A stretch of 55,053 nt of DNA, counting the filler, from Asterionella formosa (Eukaryota): the NCBI GenBank assembly GCA_002256025.1. It is 4 parts of 4 records of this genome, joined end to end, with 100 filler letters (N's around TTAATTAATTAA, not from the genome) between each part and the next. Parts side by side here need not be neighbours in the genome. Positions count along the whole stretch, not along the records: positions 41,390 to 55,053 come from NKIB01006502.1; 3 more parts are not named here. The stretch is one strand, 5' to 3'. Made by a program: the position numbers and the translations under genes. Below, one piece after another: positions 48,234 through 55,053 of this stretch. The notes beneath the pieces are model-generated. The model was not told where the DNA came from. It did no database searches and saw only the letters and a list, made by a program, of their open reading frames with translations. Positions within the stretch are counted from its first letter, which is position 1. Each line of letters starts with the position of its first letter.

Positions 48234-49843
48234 GGACAAGCTACAATAACCTTTGTACTTGCTTCAACATTACCGTGAAATCGGATTAAATAATTTGAGT
48301 CATAACATGAGGTAAAATAAGGATGACTCTCAATTTTTAGATGGTACCTGATGGTACTCCCCCCTCTGTTCATGTATAGTTGCAACCAAGCTTTAGATCA
48401 CTGCCTCTCATGAAGCCTAACCTCTAATAATTATCCGGCTAACAGCCCTTCCTATTTAAAAATTATTAAGAAACAAATGGTGTATTGGTATATAATATAT
48501 GTTCTAAGCATTATAGAATTAGGTGAACTAATTGTTGTTTCGCCTTGACAATGGCCTTAACCGACCGTCGCTTTTCTTTGTTCCTTGCTGTGATCTCGCA
48601 GATCTATCACCGGTTCAAGCATTGTAAACACTTATTTCCTTTATGAGTATTTACCTTTTTTTGCATTGGTGTGACCATAAGCACTAGCAATTGACTTTCT
48701 AATACTGAGCGAAATGCACAGGACATTTGGTCTAAGGTGGAGGAATGGACCATGAGAAGTATGATGAAACTCAAAACTAGGGAAGATAGTACATGCTATA
48801 ATATAATCAATAACATACAGTAGTAAGTGGAAAGATTACTAGCTAAGTTCGATGATATAGCTCCATTCTAAAACATGTGTACATGGTGGAGCAGTACAAT
48901 GCCTGAGACAAGTCAACCTTCTTGCACTTTGCTACAAGTATATCAAAGTATGAAAGTATGAATACCGAAAAACATAGTGCTTGTATCCCAGCTTCTTTTT
49001 CTTTCCTCCAATGATTTTCATGAACAGAAGTATAGTGGTATATATGTGTCTTCAGAACACTCAAGTGCAGAATATAAGTTTGAATGGATACACATTCCTA
49101 TTCCAAGACACAATAACAAAGATCAGCACACATCCCCAATAACAGGCATCAAAAATTTCATCCATGCATCCTTATATCAGAAATTTCATCCATGCATCCT
49201 TGATTGACAAAGGCATTCTATTGTCAACACGAAAAAGTTCAATTAATCCTCCCTTCCAAGACACTCTGATCAATTGTCTCACTTAAACCACTTCCAATTT
49301 TGATTTCGACTTCTTCTTCCCACAAAGTTTTCAATATTTCAATGGATCTTATCCTTCTTGTGAATCTTGTCGAAAGTTGTAGATATCTTCCTCCTATCCT
49401 TGTAATTTTATTGAAATGATTAGACATTCACCTTGGCAAGCTTTTGACAATTCTGACAAGTTGTCTCTTTGTACTATTTAGACATGGGCTTGGATTGACG
49501 GGCTTGGATTTACGCCAACATGCAAGGATTTACTTCTGTGCCTTGATTTGTTCATCTTGTTATTGTTGGTTTTGTTCCTTTTCCTATTCCTTTCCTTTCT
49601 TAACTGAAAATCAAATCCATGCATTGAACAATCCCATGGAATATAAGAGTGCTGGCCAGGACTGTTCTCTACTATCAGGAAGGAGACATTGCTGGTTGAT
49701 AATATAGCATGGCTTAGATGGTGAGGATCAAACAATGACAAATGGAGGGATTCATCATGGTGAGAGAGGTTATCAAGTGCAAGGTTGTGGCTGAGCGTAA
49801 ATGGCATGCATGTGTTGCTAAGAGAGTCATCATGATTCATTAT

Positions 49844-50199
49844 TAAAGACCATCAACATGCATGACCAGCTTGTCATAAATCCGGGCGTGCACAAAACTA
49901 GCTACATTATTCGACGTCTTTAGAACGAAATAATTTTTGACCGGGTACGCATGCTCGTTTCTTTTTTTAGCTCTGCTCCATGTATCTACTCTTTGGTAGT
50001 ATTTGCCCATATTACTCACACATTCACAGGTCAGGACGCTGGCCAACGAAAATCAATAGCCCGAAACGATGCACAAGTATCGCTATTTAGGGTTGTTCTC
50101 GCCTAAATAGACTGAACTAACCGGTTTTCCCCGTCTCGCGTAGAATATGGATATTGCTTCTACAGAGGGTTTCTTTGGAAGGATTTGGATCGAGCCGGG
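49844..50199 (-). repeat. Dispersed repeat family D, copy 2
   Basis: Reverse-complement homology to 38358-38663 with indels. Confidence 0.85.
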
Positions 50200-50926
50200 A
50201 TAGTCTCTGAAACTATCCATGAACGTGGGGAGTATTGCCGGCGATTTGACGCATTTATTTTCAACCAGAGGGACCAGGTACTTGATTCCTCCTCACCAGG
50301 TACCTTCAGGTACTCAGGGACGAGTGCCACTAGTATAGTATTGGCGGAACAATACCAGTGCCTATAAGTGCATACGACAACAAATGATTACAAGATCAAA
50401 CAAACATGCGGTTTGGACAAGCGTCCACTTTTCTTGATAGTTCAATTTTTGGGGAGGAGACAAAACACCCCAATTTTCTGCCCTGATTAAGCAGCTAAGG
50501 TACCAGTACCGGTAGTCGTGGTTCTGCCTCAAATGAGAACATGAATACTACCGGGACAGGAGGTACAAATTTATCTTACCGTATTCTTCCTCTGCTATGT
50601 TCAACTGGATGAGCTAAGACGTTCTACATGTATGAAGGTATGACAATCAGTTTACCAGGTAGATTACCTTTGTACGAGGGTAGCTGCATAAAAATGTTAT
50701 GGTGTGTTAACTAAACGAGAAGCGCGAACCCTAAAACACACGTCGCGCTAGCATAAAATAACGAAAAAATATGGGAGTTGAAAAATGTTTTGTCCGTGCT
50801 CTTGTTTTGAATTTTGTTTAAAGTAAATATGCGACAGCAATCGCAAATGTGATAACAAATTCGTGAGCTTTACACCTTATTCGTTCACCATTTCGATATC
50901 ACTCTGCAACTAATTGTGCCTTCATC

Positions 50927-51931
50927 ATGACTTTGAATGAACCAACTAATACCGACATTCTCCTCGGTCGCTCAACGAATTGTTTCAATCATCCTGGCAA
51001 CAAAGCTTTTCGCGCTTTTATCCATGAGAATTTACATGAGTACCTCGAAGCTGGTATTGCCAGAAAGGACCGGATTAGAGCGATTAAGTCTTTGATTGAT
51101 CGCATCCGCGCTCAAAATTGTCGGTTCCTCCTCCGAGATTCTACTAACCAGCAATGGGTTGATGTCTCCAATGAACCCATCGCTCACCAAAAGGTTTCTC
51201 ACGCCTTGAGAGATGCGGCTAAGAACCGCTCCATCAACACTTCACTTCCTCGGCGTGACAGGAATCGCTCCACTGCGCAGTCGTTGTTAGCATCACACAA
51301 GACTTTTGGTCAAGTTAAGAACAAGTCACCAGAGCATTTAGCCGACCACGGTAGCACACCCCAACACGATCGAGGTCGAACTCCAAATTCTTCACATGGG
51401 AAGGCATTTCTTGCTCGTCATTTCTGCTTTTCTAAGAACGGAGCATCAGATCGTGATGATGTACCCAATATCGACCAATCCTCACCTCGGGGTGTTGCAT
51501 CCACTGACAGCCAGTCGTCTTTCTATGGTTATGAGAACCACCATACCATGGAAATGCTGGAAGAGCGGGAATACATCCACCCCTGCCAGCAGCATGATAC
51601 AACAATGGAAGAAAATGACCATCGATTGGAATATACTACCTTTCTCCAGTGTGCTCTTGATATCCTCAATGATGATGATGATGACAATCATCATCATGAT
51701 CATGGGAGGTTACCAGAAGACTCGTTATCTCCCAGAATGGCGCTTAGATCTGGCCACTTGCAGTTGGGAGCATGGCTAGATGATGTGCATGGTGATGTGA
51801 CTTTATCAGACAACTTGCCATCAACCAAAATGTTAGTTAGAGAAGGACATTTACAGTTGGAAGATTGTTCAGAGACACCAGATGAGGTGGAGACGGACTT
51901 GGGAATTCTGAGATACTTTGGCCTATTGTGA
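50927..51931 (+). CDS. DUF6824-like domain protein (diatom-expanded family)
   Basis: N-terminal DILLGRS..CFNHPGNKAFR...RFL...W..V...QKVSHALRD pattern followed by a disordered tail; intact 334-aa ORF. Confidence 0.85.
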   Translation: MTLNEPTNTDILLGRSTNCFNHPGNKAFRAFIHENLHEYLEAGIARKDRIRAIKSLIDRIRAQNCRFLLRDSTNQQWVDVSNEPIAHQKVSHALRDAAKNRSINTSLPRRDRNRSTAQSLLASHKTFGQVKNKSPEHLADHGSTPQHDRGRTPNSSHGKAFLARHFCFSKNGASDRDDVPNIDQSSPRGVASTDSQSSFYGYENHHTMEMLEEREYIHPCQQHDTTMEENDHRLEYTTFLQCALDILNDDDDDNHHHDHGRLPEDSLSPRMALRSGHLQLGAWLDDVHGDVTLSDNLPSTKMLVREGHLQLEDCSETPDEVETDLGILRYFGLL

Positions 51932-51945
51932 AATAAACCAGACCA

Positions 51946-52416
51946 CCCAGTATGTTACTAGATATGAACTTTGACGGCTGTAGATATCATAGTTATCGAA
52001 TTGATTTGAGCTTTCGACTCTTCCCCTTATTATTGTTCCAACTTCGGTCACATAAATACAAAATATATCCAGTGCTATACAGCAAAAAGCACAGATAGAA
52101 AGTTCTCCAAAGCTAGCAGATGCTGTCAGAGGTTTCCTCAAAAATGTTGAATAGAATCACCGAACTTTCCTACAATCGGAGCCCTGATGATGCTTGTCGA
52201 TAACACCGCCATCATCAGAGTCATGGCTCCCAACAACAAGACCTTCACTTGGCGATGTAGTGCTGCACGGGCATTTGGAATGACATAACATTGTCCCAGT
52301 ACGTTACTAGATGTGAACTTTGACGGCTGTAGATATCATGGTCATAGAATTGATTTGAGGTTCGAGTCTTCCCCTTATTGTTCCAAATTCGGTTACATAA
52401 ATACAAAATATATCCA
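51946..52416 (+). repeat. Direct duplication of ~125 bp between two convergent genes
   Basis: CCCAGTAyGTTACTAGAT.TGAACTTTGACGGCTGTAGATATCAT...CATAAATACAAAATATATCCA at 51946-52071 and 52295-52416. Confidence 0.92.
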
Positions 52417-52462
52417 TTGTCAGGAATTTCAGAAAGTACATGGCCTTGTACCTTCCTTACTG

Positions 52463-53815
52463 TTACCACCATCCAAAATCTTTCATTTTCGTTACTACCT
52501 TATCTCGGTATTGGTCTCTCAATGAAGTATCTTTGACTATATCAAGATTCGTTTCATAGCGTTCCAATTTAGGACCATCTTCTGCACGTTTGTAATGATT
52601 CATTCGAGCTTCGGTATATATATTGGGCAAATAGACAGAATTGGTAGGATTGGTAATCCAATGCAATAAAACATAGTGTGTTTCCTTGGGTTTGACAATC
52701 ACTTTATTGCGAAAGCGATCTCCGCTATGCGATTTTTTACGCCAAACATAATCGATCAATAAATGATCATTTGTATTCGTCTGATTCTTGATGATTGATG
52801 GTAGTGTCTCCTTGGTTGGATGTTTTCCAAAAAAGACATTGTAAAATTGTAAATTGGAATTCCGTTGTTGTAAAAAAGTCAATAGTGGTGCCTCTGTTTT
52901 CAAACTGACTGTATCCAACACTTGAAAGTATTCATCCACATCCATGAGTGCCAACCACTCAATTCCCCATTGTCGTGCTCTGGAAATACAATCATTTATC
53001 TGAGTTCTCATGAAATAATTTCGTATTCGTGGTTGGCCTGTTTGAAAGTCATATGGAATGTATGTTATATGAGTTGATTGTGGCAACAACAGCAATGTAC
53101 TGTTGTCATCATTCATCGGTTCATTTATGTACAGAATAAAGTGTTGCACCCCCAGTAGGGTGTGATAGGCCATCCATTCACGTAACATGCGTAGTGAAAC
53201 ACCTGGTTCTGTTCTATACTTGGCACATGCGGCAAATTTAATGTTGGATGGCAAGTTAATTGGAAAATTGGATTCACAATTCCATTGCAGTGTTGTATTG
53301 TATATGATGCGAGTAGCGTTAGTAGTAGTAGTAGTAGTTGGGAGGCCAGTTTCCACCATGACAGTATGTAGAGGATCTTTGTCAAATGGACAAATGAGTC
53401 GAATAGTAGCCGGAGACCATGTTCGACCATCTTTTTCAACAATTTCCACTTTCTGTTGATTGCAATACCAATCAGCATTGGCCCATGATAGATAGTCCTT
53501 GACGTTCTTCCCAACGGCAATCAAGACATGTGTCTCATTGGCAAATCGTACCAACGACGTCAGTATCGGTTCATTCCGCTTGAAATGCTCATAATTCTGT
53601 TCCCATACTTGGCGAAACATAGTTGAATGACAAGCATAGCGGTCGTTGCTATGCCGGTAGTTGACAAGCGAAGTGTCCTGCAGTGAGGATGGTTGTGACA
53701 ATGACAGCAGTTGTCCCTTTGAGGTACCAACTAATAATCCCAGTCGGACATTGCTATAGGTCAAGAGGAGGATCATTCCAAGTAACGCAAAAGCAAACGT
53801 CTGATTGCATTGCAT
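52463..53815 (-). CDS. Glycosyltransferase family 92 (DUF23)-like type II membrane protein
   Basis: N-terminal TM anchor, LREWMAYHTLLGVQHFILY, QINDCISRAR, WLALMDVDEY (DxD motif), KVIVKP...H and NHY in an intact 450-aa ORF. Confidence 0.88.
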   Translation of the reverse strand: MQCNQTFAFALLGMILLLTYSNVRLGLLVGTSKGQLLSLSQPSSLQDTSLVNYRHSNDRYACHSTMFRQVWEQNYEHFKRNEPILTSLVRFANETHVLIAVGKNVKDYLSWANADWYCNQQKVEIVEKDGRTWSPATIRLICPFDKDPLHTVMVETGLPTTTTTTNATRIIYNTTLQWNCESNFPINLPSNIKFAACAKYRTEPGVSLRMLREWMAYHTLLGVQHFILYINEPMNDDNSTLLLLPQSTHITYIPYDFQTGQPRIRNYFMRTQINDCISRARQWGIEWLALMDVDEYFQVLDTVSLKTEAPLLTFLQQRNSNLQFYNVFFGKHPTKETLPSIIKNQTNTNDHLLIDYVWRKKSHSGDRFRNKVIVKPKETHYVLLHWITNPTNSVYLPNIYTEARMNHYKRAEDGPKLERYETNLDIVKDTSLRDQYRDKVVTKMKDFGWW

Positions 53816-54236
53816 GGCGTTGTTTTCATTTCAGAGAATAACATGCCAAAGGTCAGAATGTAATACCAGTAAATATGATAGTTGCGGTGCAAACTGTATT
53901 TTACGAGTACCTGGTACCAGGTACCATACTATATGATGTTACCACCGGTGCGACAGACTCAAGCGAGGGATGGATTTCGTCCACATTTTAGGTCTACCGG
54001 TATGGTGGTGCAATGTGGTGCAGCGGCGACATGACGTCACGAAGTCATTTTGAAATATTATTGTTGCGCATGTGCACCTTTTCAATATTCATCTCCAACG
54101 TTGCATCTTGCACATCACCACACAGAAATGCAAATAAACAGCAAACTCACCAAATGTGATGATTGAAAGCGGTCACTGGTTCTTGCTATCGCTAACATGC
54201 AATTTCTTTTGTTTTACTAACCAATTTACTCTACAA

Positions 54237-55053
54237 TCAACCTTTGCTACATCCGCAACCTTTGGAGAATTTTGAGTGGAGGAACTGGGGATGGAGACTG
54301 TGGAAAGTGTCTTTGTTGCTGTCGCAATGATTCAGGAAGCATGCGATGATCGGCTTGATGAATTTTACATCAAAGAGTCGCATCCTTTCAGTGACATCTG
54401 AGTGGAGGAGACGCTCCATTTTTCTTGCAAGATTCAAGATCAACTCAAGCTTCTCATGAGAATTTTTCGTTTTTGCAACCTCAAAAATCTCGTCAAATTC
54501 TATGGACCCACTTTTCCGGTTTTTCTTTGGTGCTGTGGGGATGGTAGCAGCATCCGTTATTCCAATTGCATAAACTGTGTTAGTAGAACCATTTTCCTTT
54601 GTTGAATCTTGATAACTTGTAGTAGCAGCAATAGCATTAGAATACATCCGATTTTCTTCATTCTTCATAACTCGTGCATGTACCACAATGTTGATCAGGC
54701 TGCGTAATTTTTCTGCACGAGGGGTAGCTAGCTCGTTCAAAAATAACTCGAGCTGTTCATTGGCATTCTGCGGCCGTACGTAGCTCATAGCAAGGGTACA
54801 GATGTGCGCAGGACTGAAGGAGCTTGGGTGTGACCTTGGGACATTCAATCGATCATGTACATACCTTGTAGAAAGCTCCGAAATTTCGCACTGAAAAACC
54901 ACCGATGGTAGGTTTAATACTAGTGTAGCTGTAGTCACCTTGACAAATATAGACTTGAATGTACGCACTTTGTTTAAATGATTGTTGTGTATGTGGGCAA
55001 TTGCTAGCTGGGCATCTGCATCCTCAACATATAACATTGCAGTCTTGAGTGAC
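54237..55053 (-). CDS. Hypothetical protein, probably 5'-truncated by the window edge; possibly element-encoded
   Basis: 266-aa ORF whose frame stays open to the window end; Cys/His-rich C-terminus (CFLNHC...H...KFSKGCGC). Confidence 0.5.
   Translation of the reverse strand, partial: SLKTAMLYVEDADAQLAIAHIHNNHLNKVRTFKSIFVKVTTATLVLNLPSVVFQCEISELSTRYVHDRLNVPRSHPSSFSPAHICTLAMSYVRPQNANEQLELFLNELATPRAEKLRSLINIVVHARVMKNEENRMYSNAIAATTSYQDSTKENGSTNTVYAIGITDAATIPTAPKKNRKSGSIEFDEIFEVAKTKNSHEKLELILNLARKMERLLHSDVTERMRLFDVKFIKPIIACFLNHCDSNKDTFHSLHPQFLHSKFSKGCGCSKG

Overview
Eukaryotic, intron-containing, AT-rich DNA. The gene families (DUF6824 protein, HSF-domain gene, Cys-rich surface protein, PPR proteins) point to a diatom; this is inference. 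The window is a draft assembly: three 100-nt spacers carrying an artificial TTAATTAATTAA linker and two ordinary N gaps split it, so adjacency across the linkers cannot be trusted. Intact host genes are a PPR protein, an SDR/FabG-like reductase, N-myristoyltransferase, a Cys-rich putatively GPI-anchored protein, a hypothetical Cys-motif protein, an IMP1-like S26 peptidase, a 4-exon PPR-SMR protein, a DUF6824 protein and a GT92-family glycosyltransferase. Between them lie decayed mobile elements (Plavaka-like transposase, Ty3/gypsy-type gag, CryptonS-like tyrosine recombinase, several terminal-repeat families) and an HSF pseudogene. The most notable observations are a three-copy, highly structured tRNA-headed SINE-like element, a pervasive GTAC/CCWGG palindromic motif patch that often abuts element ends, an inverted-repeat pair enclosing an orphan host exon, and a PPR-SMR protein with no obvious organellar leader.
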